Part shown: positions 1 to 8,049 of the stretch, piece after piece
Layout of the letters: every line of letters starts with the position of its first letter
Numbering within the stretch: the stretch's first letter is position 1
NCBI GenBank assembly: GCA_014804185.1
Contig: JAAVAG010000156.1
Span: 1 to 44,502, forward strand
DNA from: Lachnospiraceae bacterium
GTDB taxonomy: Bacteria; Bacillota; Clostridia; Lachnospirales; Lachnospiraceae
Length of the DNA: 44,502 nt
Direction of reading: 5' to 3'
Position numbers and translations under genes: made by a program
Notes under the pieces: generated by a model
Told to the model about the DNA's origin: nothing
The model's input: only the letters and a program-made list of their open reading frames with translations
Databases searched by the model: none

Positions 1-237
1 GGTAACGCTGCATACTTTGACAATTTCCAGCATTTTTCCGATAGCATTATACGCAAGGTCGGTGCTGTGGGTGTATTTCCGTACCAGATAGTAGATGTAG
101 ATAACGGAAGACGCAGAAACAAAACCATCAATTTTGTGTTCTTCGCAGAGGCTTAGGACCTTGCAGGAATCTTCCACAAAAGGTTCCCTTTCCAGCAGTA
201 CATCAACGATGATGTTGGTATCACACATGATCTTCAT
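1..237 (-). CDS. PIN-domain (VapC-like) toxin, runs off the window edge
   Basis: Not in the ORF track. Manual translation from ATG 237 gives MKIMCDTNIIVDVLLEREPFVEDSCKVL..., the PIN DTN..D motif. Overlaps the 3' end of the Phd antitoxin. Confidence 0.85.
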   Translation of the reverse strand, partial: MKIMCDTNIIVDVLLEREPFVEDSCKVLSLCEEHKIDGFVSASSVIYIYYLVRKYTHSTDLAYNAIGKMLEIVKVCSVT

Positions 238-448
238 ATTTTGACAGTCGCTCCTCCCGTAAAGAATCCAGATCGATATCAGAAGGGATATCCTTAAGCA
301 TCCCGCGAAGAGAATCCACGGCAGAAATATGCGGATTTACTACCTTTGCAACGGTTTTCCCGTTGCGTGTGATAAAAATGTCTTCCTGGGTAATCAAGTC
401 AAGATATTTGCCAAAGTTTGTTTTAAATTCAGTTGCAGTAACAATCAT
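221..448 (-). CDS. Phd/YefM-family antitoxin
   Basis: MIVTATEFKTNFGKYLD...IFITRNGKTVAKV is a Phd/YefM signature; RBS AAGGAG; directly upstream of the PIN toxin. Confidence 0.9.
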   Translation of the reverse strand: MIVTATEFKTNFGKYLDLITQEDIFITRNGKTVAKVVNPHISAVDSLRGMLKDIPSDIDLDSLREERLSKYEDHV

Positions 449-480
449 GAATGGTGTCTCCTTTCCTTTGGTGTCATTTT

Positions 481-509
481 ATTATATGCGGTTTTAGAAT
501 AAAAATCAA
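481..509 (-). promoter_or_regulatory. sigma-A promoter of the Phd-PIN operon
   Basis: TTGATT-17 bp-TATAAT on the minus strand. Confidence 0.7.
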
Positions 510-608
510 TAAAATCGAACGAAACAGATATAACATATGATAAAATCGTTCGAAATGTAGGTGAGTACCCATTAAAAACGGATTGTAATTGCACTAACAA
601 ATTGTTAC

Positions 609-653
609 AGCAACAGCGAGTTGCTTGTCTGCAGGATAGAATCATGCTATAAA
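609..653 (+). promoter_or_regulatory. Promoter and palindromic operator of the XRE gene
   Basis: AGCAAC-N5-GTTGCT (609-625) abuts TTGTCT-17-TATAAA, with an extended -10 TG. Confidence 0.55.
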
Positions 654-675
654 TGTGTAAAAGGTGGTGATTTTA

Positions 676-1125
676 ATGGATACGAAGAATATTATACTTG
701 AACTCAGAACCAAAACAGGTCTGTCCCAGGAAGAACTTGCTGAAAAAGTTCTTGTTACCAGACAGGCAGTATCCCGCTGGGAAAATGGTGAAACAACACC
801 TAATACAGAAACCCTGAAATTGCTCTCAAAGGTTTTTGATGTTTCCATCAATACTCTTTTAGGCTCTCCGAGAAAACTTATTTGTCAATGTTGCGGAATG
901 CCTCTTGATGATTCTTCTATAAGTAAAGATCCTGACGGAACATTCAACGAGGAATACTGCAAATGGTGCTATACCGACGGAAAATATATCTACAAAAGTA
1001 TTGAGGAATTAACAGACTTTCTCGTTGAACATATGTCAAATGAAAGCTGGACTCCCGAACAGGCAAGGGCCTTTTTTGAAGCTCAATTACCCCAACTTAA
1101 TCACTGGAATAAGCAGAAAAAATAG
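676..1125 (+). CDS. XRE-family HTH regulator with C-terminal zinc ribbon
   Basis: LSQEELAEKVLVTRQAVSRWENG HTH; CQCCGMP...YCKWC zinc ribbon; RBS AAGGTGG before ATG 676. Confidence 0.9.
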   Translation: MDTKNIILELRTKTGLSQEELAEKVLVTRQAVSRWENGETTPNTETLKLLSKVFDVSINTLLGSPRKLICQCCGMPLDDSSISKDPDGTFNEEYCKWCYTDGKYIYKSIEELTDFLVEHMSNESWTPEQARAFFEAQLPQLNHWNKQKK

Positions 1126-1198
1126 CAAGTTTGGCGGATCGGTGCGGTAACCTTTATGAAATGCTGTCAAAGAAATCCCTGATAGGCAGCGGGACATG

Positions 1199-1238
1199 AA
1201 AAAAGCACCCTCAGATGATTAATTCATCCGTTGGTGCT
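1199..1238 (-). terminator. Probable intrinsic terminator after yoeB
   Basis: Imperfect hairpin AGCACC..GATGA/TCATC..GGTGCT followed by a T-run on the minus strand. Confidence 0.55.
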
Positions 1239-1243
1239 CTATC

Positions 1244-1540
1244 TTATCTAACAGCATCATAATGTGTCCACATGCGAACAACTTTTATAGTTCCTTCATA
1301 TTCTACTTCGTCAATGACAATTGGCTCATTATATACCTGATAAACCAATCTATGTTGTATATTGATTCTTCTGGAATAATAGCCGTTTAAGTTTCCCACC
1401 AATCCCTCATATGGCGGTGGATTTTGAAATGGATTTCTTGCTATTATATCCAATAGACTTTTTGCTTTCAAATCAAGACCTGCCTGTTTTAGCAATTTTT
1501 TGTCTTTATCTGCTTGTTTACTAAATCTAATTATATACAT
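1244..1540 (-). CDS. yoeB: Txe/YoeB-family mRNA interferase toxin
   Basis: NPFQNPPPYEGLVGNLNGYYSRRINIQHRLVY...MWTHY motif. Confidence 0.92.
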   Translation of the reverse strand: MYIIRFSKQADKDKKLLKQAGLDLKAKSLLDIIARNPFQNPPPYEGLVGNLNGYYSRRINIQHRLVYQVYNEPIVIDEVEYEGTIKVVRMWTHYDAVR

Positions 1541-1795
1541 TTACCATTCCTCATCCGGATCATATACAGAACATTCTTCCAAAGGCTCTTCCCCTGCTTC
1601 AATAATACTTTTTGCCATGTCTGGTATCGAATTCAAATATAAAGTCTCCTGAATTGCATTCCAATCATCCTCAGATATAAGGACACCATTTTTTCCACGA
1701 TTGTTTGTAATTGTAATCGGCTGACTATTATTATTAACATCAGATAGTATTTGATATATATTTTCTCTTGCTTTTGTTACACTAATTGCTGTCAT
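1541..1795 (-). CDS. yefM: Phd/YefM (Axe)-family antitoxin
   Basis: ARENIYQI...VLISEDDWNAIQETLYL motif; abuts yoeB. Confidence 0.9.
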   Translation of the reverse strand: MTAISVTKARENIYQILSDVNNNSQPITITNNRGKNGVLISEDDWNAIQETLYLNSIPDMAKSIIEAGEEPLEECSVYDPDEEW

Positions 1796-1816
1796 GATAT
1801 CACTCCTTTTTCCTCA

Positions 1817-1845
1817 ATTATACCGTACGTTTTCACGTACGTCAA
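1817..1845 (-). promoter_or_regulatory. yefM-yoeB promoter with operator palindrome in the spacer
   Basis: TTGACG-17-TATAAT; inverted repeat CGTACGT-N4-ACGTACG at 1824-1841. Confidence 0.8.
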
Positions 1846-1875
1846 CGCATATCTTCTGTTTTTGTATAAAACCGC

Positions 1876-2691
1876 CTATCTCCTATTGCGGCTCGCCGCC
1901 TCCCTGATTGTCGTATGCAGTTCCTGAAACAGTTCATCGTATTTCAGCGGAGATCTGTCAAATCTCGCAATTCCCGTGTGTATGCCCAAAGGAAACTGCT
2001 GCTCCTCACAGACAAATGTTTCCTCATCGCACTGATGGATCTTCCGTGCGATTTCTTCCGCATATTCTCTGTCACTGCTGTCGGTCAATATGGCAAATTC
2101 ATCTCCGCCGATTCGAAACGCCACATCCTCTTTTCCGGAGGCGTCCCCTATCCTTTTCATACATTCCACTATTGCCATATCACCGGCTTTTCTGGACACA
2201 CTGTTGATCACACTCAGATTCTTAATATCACAACACACAAACCAGCACTCCTGTCTGTCACGAAACAGATCGTACAATTCACTGATATCCACATGCCTGC
2301 GTTCTCTCATATATACATCTCCATTCTCCAAGGGTATCCTGATCCTCGGAAATAATTCTGATATCCGCATATTTTTGCGGAATTCAGAGGGTTTACAGTT
2401 CCATACCTGCCTGAATGCGCGGGAAAAGGATTCGCTTGTGCTGTAACCGTACTGCAGCGCCACCTCCAATATGCCCGCATCCGGACTTTTCAGCAACATT
2501 CTCGCCGCCTTTGTCATACGCCGCTTCACCACATAATCGTGAACGGTGATATGTTCCACGCATCGAAACAGTTTTTCCAGGGTGGATTTGGAACAATAGC
2601 ACTCCCTGGCTATTTCCTCTGTTCTGATCTCTTCACTTAAGTGATTTTCAATGTATTCCAGAGAATGGGCCAACAGATCCATATTGTTCAT
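1876..2691 (-). CDS. AraC-type HTH fused to a GGDEF-like domain
   Basis: N-terminal AraC double HTH (ALQYGYSTSESFSRAFRQ); C-terminal FRIGGDEFAIL. Confidence 0.88.
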   Translation of the reverse strand: MNNMDLLAHSLEYIENHLSEEIRTEEIARECYCSKSTLEKLFRCVEHITVHDYVVKRRMTKAARMLLKSPDAGILEVALQYGYSTSESFSRAFRQVWNCKPSEFRKNMRISELFPRIRIPLENGDVYMRERRHVDISELYDLFRDRQECWFVCCDIKNLSVINSVSRKAGDMAIVECMKRIGDASGKEDVAFRIGGDEFAILTDSSDREYAEEIARKIHQCDEETFVCEEQQFPLGIHTGIARFDRSPLKYDELFQELHTTIREAASRNRR

Positions 2692-2758
2692 ATAGTCCGA
2701 TCACGACTCCTTTCCCGCCCTGTTATACGGTACCGTACTTGTATCATATCAGATCTGT

Positions 2759-2787
2759 ATCATAGAATGCCTGACTTTTTGCGTAAA
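2759..2787 (-). promoter_or_regulatory. Putative promoter of the AraC-GGDEF gene
   Basis: TTTACG-17-TATGAT on the minus strand. Confidence 0.5.
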
Positions 2788-2818
2788 TATTGAAAAACCA
2801 TTGTTGAAAAAAACTGTT

Positions 2819-2880
2819 ATGGTATAATCTTTTCATACCATGGTATAATCTCTTCATACCATGGTATAATCGGTATAATG
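2819..2880 (+). repeat. 21-bp tandem repeat carrying extended -10 boxes
   Basis: ATGGTATAATCT(T/C)TTCATACC twice (2819-2860), then ATGGTATAATC and GGTATAATG. Confidence 0.9.
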
Positions 2881-2936
2881 ACGATACGAAAAAATTGCAA
2901 CCGCACAGGTGGAAAAATTTTGCGAGGTGCAACCAA

Positions 2937-3509
2937 ATGAACAGACCTTACATCATTGGAATCGGCGGAGAGAGCGCCGGAGGAAAATCCACATTATCTA
3001 ACCGCCTGGAGAAAAGCCTGACCGGTCATAAAGTAAAAGTGTTTCACATGGACGCCTATTATAAAAAAGAAGCCCTGCGTCCAACGATAACCGGCCTCAC
3101 AAACGGTAAAATATATATTGACGATAATCACCCGGACGCGCTGGATCTGGATCGTCTGCATGAGGATCTGCGGGATACCATAAATTCCGACGCGGGGAAA
3201 AGCCCTGATATAATTATAGTGGAGGGGCTGTTTGCGCTGTGGGATCAGACGCTGCTGCCGCTGCTGGATCTGAAAATATATGTGGACTGCGATTCGGATG
3301 AACGGCTGACCCGCCGTATAAAACGCAACCTGACATTCGGACAGGATCTGCAGGAAATTACAGAGCGGTATGTTCAGGCCGTTCAACCGAGACAGAAAGA
3401 GTATGTGCTTCCCACGAAGTGGAACGCGGACATTATTATAAACGGTTTTTCTTTCCCTGATGTGGGATGCGCAGTTATTCTGACATACCTGAAAGAGCAG
3501 GCTTTTTAA
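2937..3509 (+). CDS. udk: Uridine kinase-like P-loop kinase
   Basis: IIGIGGESAGGKST Walker A; MDAYYK, HPDALD, IVEGLFAL, LPTKWNADIII; RBS GAGGTG before ATG 2937. Confidence 0.8.
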   Translation: MNRPYIIGIGGESAGGKSTLSNRLEKSLTGHKVKVFHMDAYYKKEALRPTITGLTNGKIYIDDNHPDALDLDRLHEDLRDTINSDAGKSPDIIIVEGLFALWDQTLLPLLDLKIYVDCDSDERLTRRIKRNLTFGQDLQEITERYVQAVQPRQKEYVLPTKWNADIIINGFSFPDVGCAVILTYLKEQAF

Positions 3510-4383
3510 CGGGCACCCATAGTTCACAGAACAGACCGGTTTCCCCGTTTTCAAAATAAATCTCATAGTCCGTATCGTCTGTCTGTATATAACCTGTCTG
3601 GGGGACAAATTCTTTAAAAAACTTGCTCCATACTTCCCCCAGGCAGTCTCCGTCAGAACCCATGCATTTAAAAACCGCATAGTCGGCAGGCTCTGTTTTC
3701 CATAAAGAATAACCGTTTGCTGTCAGTTGATCCAGTCCAGTAGTATCGGTATCTTCATCCAGCATAACTCCAATCCCATAATTGAAATATGTTTCCCCGC
3801 CTTTCACAGGACTGCACAGGCCGTACAAATCTCTTTTTCCCTCCGGACGGAGTAATTTCATAGGCTCGATCAGGTTTCTTTCCCCACACTCCGTCCAGAA
3901 ATCAGGAATGCTGTGATCATTGTCATCGTTGCTGATCTCATTTGGAAAAGCCCTTACCAATGCAATAAACTGTTGACGCTGTCTGTGTTCCATTCTGTAA
4001 TCCATAACACTGCCACCTTCCACCATAATTTTTATTACAAGAGGACTGAACAAATGCAGCTTCGCGCCTTTTTGTTTCGCCTGTCTCGGAGTGGAACCGT
4101 GAAATCGGGAAAAGGCCTTGGAGAAGCTTTCTGGAGATTCATATCCATACTTATATGCTGCTTCGATCACCGAAAGATCCGTTGTCTGAAGTTCCTGCCC
4201 CGCCAGTGTAAGACGCCTGTTCCTGATATACTCGTTTGCCGTCATTCCGGTGACGAAGCTGAATGTCCGGTGAAAATTGTAACTTGACATATATACGCTT
4301 TTCGCAACCTCAGCATAATTAATGTCTTCATAAATATGCTCTTCTATATAGCATATCGCCTGCTGGATAAGTTGTACTGACAT
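3475..4383 (-). CDS. AraC-family regulator with GyrI-like effector domain (Rob-like)
   Basis: N-terminal AraC HTH (YGYESPESFSKAFSRFHG); C-terminal GyrI-like domain (YEIY...CELWVPV); RBS AGGAGG before ATG 4383. Confidence 0.88.
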   Translation of the reverse strand: MSVQLIQQAICYIEEHIYEDINYAEVAKSVYMSSYNFHRTFSFVTGMTANEYIRNRRLTLAGQELQTTDLSVIEAAYKYGYESPESFSKAFSRFHGSTPRQAKQKGAKLHLFSPLVIKIMVEGGSVMDYRMEHRQRQQFIALVRAFPNEISNDDNDHSIPDFWTECGERNLIEPMKLLRPEGKRDLYGLCSPVKGGETYFNYGIGVMLDEDTDTTGLDQLTANGYSLWKTEPADYAVFKCMGSDGDCLGEVWSKFFKEFVPQTGYIQTDDTDYEIYFENGETGLFCELWVPVKKPALSGMSE

Positions 4384-4446
4384 TTTAATCCTCCTGTATA
4401 AGACCATTATAACCGGGCAAGCGCAAAATGTCCTGTCTGCGTTTGC

Positions 4447-6076
4447 TCAGATTTGTCCGGATAATTTTTCTGTTTCCGCTTCTATCACCTTTTTATCAAT
4501 TCTTTGAAATAAAATTTCCACTTCCGGAAGCAAATACCCAGCAGAAACCGACTGTTTTTCCCATTTGCTGCTTATCCCCAGCCATCCGCACACTTTCTCT
4601 GAGGAAAACGGTAAAAACGGATACAGCAAAACCGCCAGATTGGCAATGATCTGAACACACTGATAAAGTGTATTTTTACATGCCGTCTGATCGGCAGTCC
4701 TGGTAATCCAGGGCTGCTGCGTATCAAAAAATTTATTCGCACTTCTGGCAAATTCAAAATATTTCATCCAATGCGTCTTTGAAACTTCCGCTTTCGATTT
4801 TTCTGCCTACAGAAACAAATAACTCTTCTGTCTGCCTGCTTATCACCGGATTCTCCGTTCCCTCAGGTACAATCCCGTCAAAATATTTTGTAATAAACAC
4901 CAGACAGCGGTTTACAAAGTTTCCGTATGTTCCAAGCAATTCTCCATTATGACTGTGAACATATTCTCTCCACGAAAAATCTGCGTCTTTCTTTTCCGGT
5001 CCGTTGGCCAGGAAATAATAACGGATAGAGTCTGCTTCATAATGATCCAGAAGTTCTTTGACCCAAATTGCATAATTCTGGCTGGTAGATATTTTTCTTC
5101 CTTCCAAAGTCATATATTCACTTGAAACAATCTGATCCGGTAAATGCCAGTTTTCACCGTTCCCCAGCAAAAGCGAGGGTAAAATAATTGTGTGAAACGG
5201 AATATTATCTTTCCCATGCACATAATAATGTTTCGCGTCCCTGCCCCAGAGTTCATAAAAATCAGCGCCTTCTGATTCTGCGGCCGCTTTGCTGGCGGAC
5301 AAATATCCCAACACATTCTCCGCCCATATATAGATTGTTTTGTTTTCATAACCTTCTTTTGGAACTTTTATTCCCCACTCCAGATCTCTTGTCAGAGCGC
5401 GGTCCCTTAGCCCCTCCTCTATATACCTGTTTGTAAATGCAATTGCGTTTTTTCTCCATTCCGGATGCCCCGCCGCCAGCGCTTTCAGTTTATCCTGTAG
5501 CTCTGTAATAGCAATATACAAATGTCTGGAATTTTTAAAACTCACAGACTTTCCGCATATGGCACAAACCGGCTCCGTAAGATTCTCCACCTCAAGCACT
5601 GCGCCGCAGGCGTCACACTGATCGCCCCTGGTATCACTGCCGCATTTCGGACACTTTCCCAATACAAATCGGTCCGCCAAAAAGGTATCGCAGTTTTCAC
5701 AATAAGCCTGCGGTGTTTCCTTTTCGTAAACATATCCGCTTTCATATAACTTTTTGTGAAATTCCCTCACAAACTTCTTATGTTCCTCCGAAGATGTTTT
5801 CGTATACACATCATAACTAAAGCCCAGCTTCTCAAAGCAGTCTGCAAATTCCTCATGATAAAAATCACTGATCTCCTGCGGTGTTTTGCCCTCCTGCCTG
5901 GCCCGTATCGCCACAGGAGTTCCGTGGCAGTCGCTTCCTGACACAAAATATACATGATCTCCGATCGCTCTGTGATATCTGGCCAATACATCCCCGGGCA
6001 ATAACCCGGCAATGTGGCCTATATGCAATGAGCCGTTTGCGTACGGCCATGCACCGCCAATTAAAATATTTCTCAT
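4447..6076 (-). pseudogene. metG: Methionyl-tRNA synthetase (MetRS2-type) split by a +1 frameshift at 4756-4759
   Basis: PYANGSLHIGH, four CxxC knuckle motifs, HGKDNIPFH, KISTS. ORF 4754-6076 ends DALDEIF* and ORF 4447-4767 continues EFARSANKFFDTQQPW; removing one T restores one frame. Could be a sequencing error. Confidence 0.88.
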
Positions 6077-6200
6077 TTTTACTCCTATCTGTGCGCTGAT
6101 GCGCGCACGCCAATCAACAGGTTGAATACACATTGTTTATCCAGCCTTGCCTCATTTTCTGAATTTATATTGACAGCCCCTTATTTCATCCCGTTTTCTC

Positions 6201-6488
6201 CAACAAAAAAGCCCTCCTCTCTGAAAAATTTCTTTTTCAGGGACGAGAGCAAACGCTTCGTGTTACCACCCTAAATTCACCTATATCTCACGATATAGGC
6301 CTTATCAACTACGGGTGAGAAATGACTCACCGATAGTCCGGCACTATAACGGGTGCACCCGTCGCAGCCTTGGCATAACAGCTTCGGTACGCGGTTCCGA
6401 GACCATTTTCGGCAATCCCTTCTGCGCCTGTTCTCACCCGCTCAGGCTCTCTGTAACATATCTGACTGCTTACTCTTCTCTTCATAAC
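6201..6488 (-). ncRNA. T-box riboswitch with Met (AUG) specifier
   Basis: Minus strand: AGUA, AGAGAGC and GGUGAGA stem I boxes; specifier GAAAAUG (AUG at 6404-6406); CCGUUA; antiterminator GGG-UGGUAAC-ACG...CGU-CCC; terminator with U-run; upstream of metG. Confidence 0.92.
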
Positions 6489-6508
6489 CTTTGTCGATAT
6501 TTTTGTAA

Positions 6509-6537
6509 ATCATACAACCGATTTCATGTTCTGTCAA
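6509..6537 (-). promoter_or_regulatory. sigma-A promoter of T-box/metG
   Basis: TTGACA-17-TATGAT. Confidence 0.8.
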
Positions 6538-6554
6538 TGATTTTATTGAAATTT

Positions 6555-6643
6555 GTAATTACGTAATCACAAAATATTTTTCAAATTCCGTTGACATCAG
6601 AGTTGTTTTATCTTATTATGTAATCACGTAATTCCGGAATTGC
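6555..6643 (+). promoter_or_regulatory. Promoter of the wHTH gene flanked by tandem 8-bp boxes
   Basis: TTGACA(6591)-17-TATTAT(6614); GTAATTAC/GTAATCAC at 6555-6570; GTAATCAC/GTAATTCC/GGAATTGC at 6620-6643. Confidence 0.7.
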
Positions 6644-6676
6644 AAAATTTCTCACGGAAAGGAGAGTTATAAAATT

Positions 6677-7327
6677 ATGGAACGAAATTACGATAAGGAG
6701 ATTGATGATCTCAGAGAGCAGATGGAGAACTTTCAGAACATGGTATCTCCGCAGCTTGACGAGTTACGAACCATGGTGATGGAATTGCTTCCTAATAAGC
6801 CATCAACAGAGAAGCTGGAGAGAGTACACGTTATGCATGGCATGCATCCGGATCGCCGCCTCAGTGAGCAGATGGAGGATCTGTGCTATAAAACTGAGGA
6901 AAAAGGTGTGAGCGGGCTTGTAACCTACCTCGGGGTATACAATTCTGGCGGCCGGCAGTCTAACTGGATACGAAACAGTGTCCCCACCGATGGGTTACTC
7001 TCTCTCATCGAGAGCGGCGTCGCAAGTAAAGTGTTAGCCTGTATCGGGAATTCAAACCGCCTTGCGATGTTATTGGAGATCCTTCGCGGATCTAAGACAG
7101 TGGCGTCACTCGTAGAGAAATGTGGTTTCGGCTCTACAGGACAGGTTTATCATCACTTGAAGCCGCTGCTCGCCGCAGATATCGTTGTGGAAGATGAGCA
7201 ACAGAAAGGCGTTTATGTTATCCAGCCCCACAAAGTACAAGGCATTATTATGCTGCTGGCAGGTATCAGCGATATGGTGGACGAAACCTACACGCAGGGA
7301 ACATGGGAAGCTGACGAGGAATGTTAA
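6677..7327 (+). CDS. ArsR-like winged-helix regulator with N-terminal coiled segment
   Basis: LACIGNSNRLAMLLEIL...STGQVYHHLKPLLAADIV; RBS AAGGAG. Confidence 0.8.
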   Translation: MERNYDKEIDDLREQMENFQNMVSPQLDELRTMVMELLPNKPSTEKLERVHVMHGMHPDRRLSEQMEDLCYKTEEKGVSGLVTYLGVYNSGGRQSNWIRNSVPTDGLLSLIESGVASKVLACIGNSNRLAMLLEILRGSKTVASLVEKCGFGSTGQVYHHLKPLLAADIVVEDEQQKGVYVIQPHKVQGIIMLLAGISDMVDETYTQGTWEADEEC

Positions 7328-7333
7328 AAGTCG

Positions 7334-7366
7334 AAAAGAGGGCTGTTGCGAGACAGTCCTCTTTTT
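7334..7366. terminator. Bidirectional intrinsic terminator
   Basis: AAAAGAGGGCTGT-TGCGAG-ACAGTCCTCTTTT between convergent genes. Confidence 0.8.
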
Positions 7367-7395
7367 GGTGTGTGTACTATGTTGGTCACTGCATA

Positions 7396-8034
7396 TCAAC
7401 GGAGGCTGATCATCTGCAGTTCTCCCTTTTTGAGTTGAAACACTATATCGGCCTCTTTTGCCAGTTCATTGGAGTGTGTCACGATGATTACGCACTTACC
7501 GGATTTATGTGCACTCTCTTTTAGGATAGCGGCAATCTCGGCGGCAGTGTCCTCATCTAAATTGCCGGTGGGTTCATCAGCAAGGACAACCCGGGCATCG
7601 CTGGCAAGAGCGCGGGCGATGGCCACACGCTGTTGCTGGCCCCCGGACAGTTTCAGAACATTCCGTCTGGCTTCCTCCGGCGTAAGCCCTAACTGTTCCA
7701 AAATGGGCAGGGGCGGCAGCTTGGATGTCAGGGCCACATTTTCCATCGGGGTCAGATAGTCGATCAGGTTATAGTTCTGGAAGACAAACGCCACATGGCC
7801 GCGCCGATGCTGTGCAAGGCCTGTCTTTGCAATATCCTCACCCTGATACAAAATTTGACCGCTGGCAGGGCTGTCCAGACCTCCCAGAAGGGAAAGCAGG
7901 GTTGTCTTACCGCACCCGGAGGGGCCAAGAATCGTATACATTTTTCCCGTTTCAAATGTTATACTGACATTCTTCAAGACATTTCTTTTATGATCATAGG
8001 TGTAGCTGACACCCTTCATTTCTAAAATACTCAT
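7396..8034 (-). CDS. ABC transporter ATPase, LolD/MacB type (Vex2-like)
   Basis: [26 protein letters not shown]; [10 protein letters not shown] and KCVIIVTHS resemble pneumococcal Vex2. Confidence 0.92.
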   Translation of the reverse strand: MSILEMKGVSYTYDHKRNVLKNVSITFETGKMYTILGPSGCGKTTLLSLLGGLDSPASGQILYQGEDIAKTGLAQHRRGHVAFVFQNYNLIDYLTPMENVALTSKLPPLPILEQLGLTPEEARRNVLKLSGGQQQRVAIARALASDARVVLADEPTGNLDEDTAAEIAAILKESAHKSGKCVIIVTHSNELAKEADIVFQLKKGELQMISLR

Positions 8035-8049
8035 AGTTCCAAACCCTCC

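Noticed and set aside
2819-2880. Direct repeats as a mini-CRISPR or iteron array
   Set aside because: Repeats are contiguous with no unique spacers, and there is no cas or rep gene nearby.
2994-3680. 228-aa minus-strand ORF
   Set aside because: Overlaps udk antisense and the AraC gene out of frame; no motifs.
6315-6566. 83-aa ORF upstream of metG
   Set aside because: Antisense to the T-box leader and its promoter.
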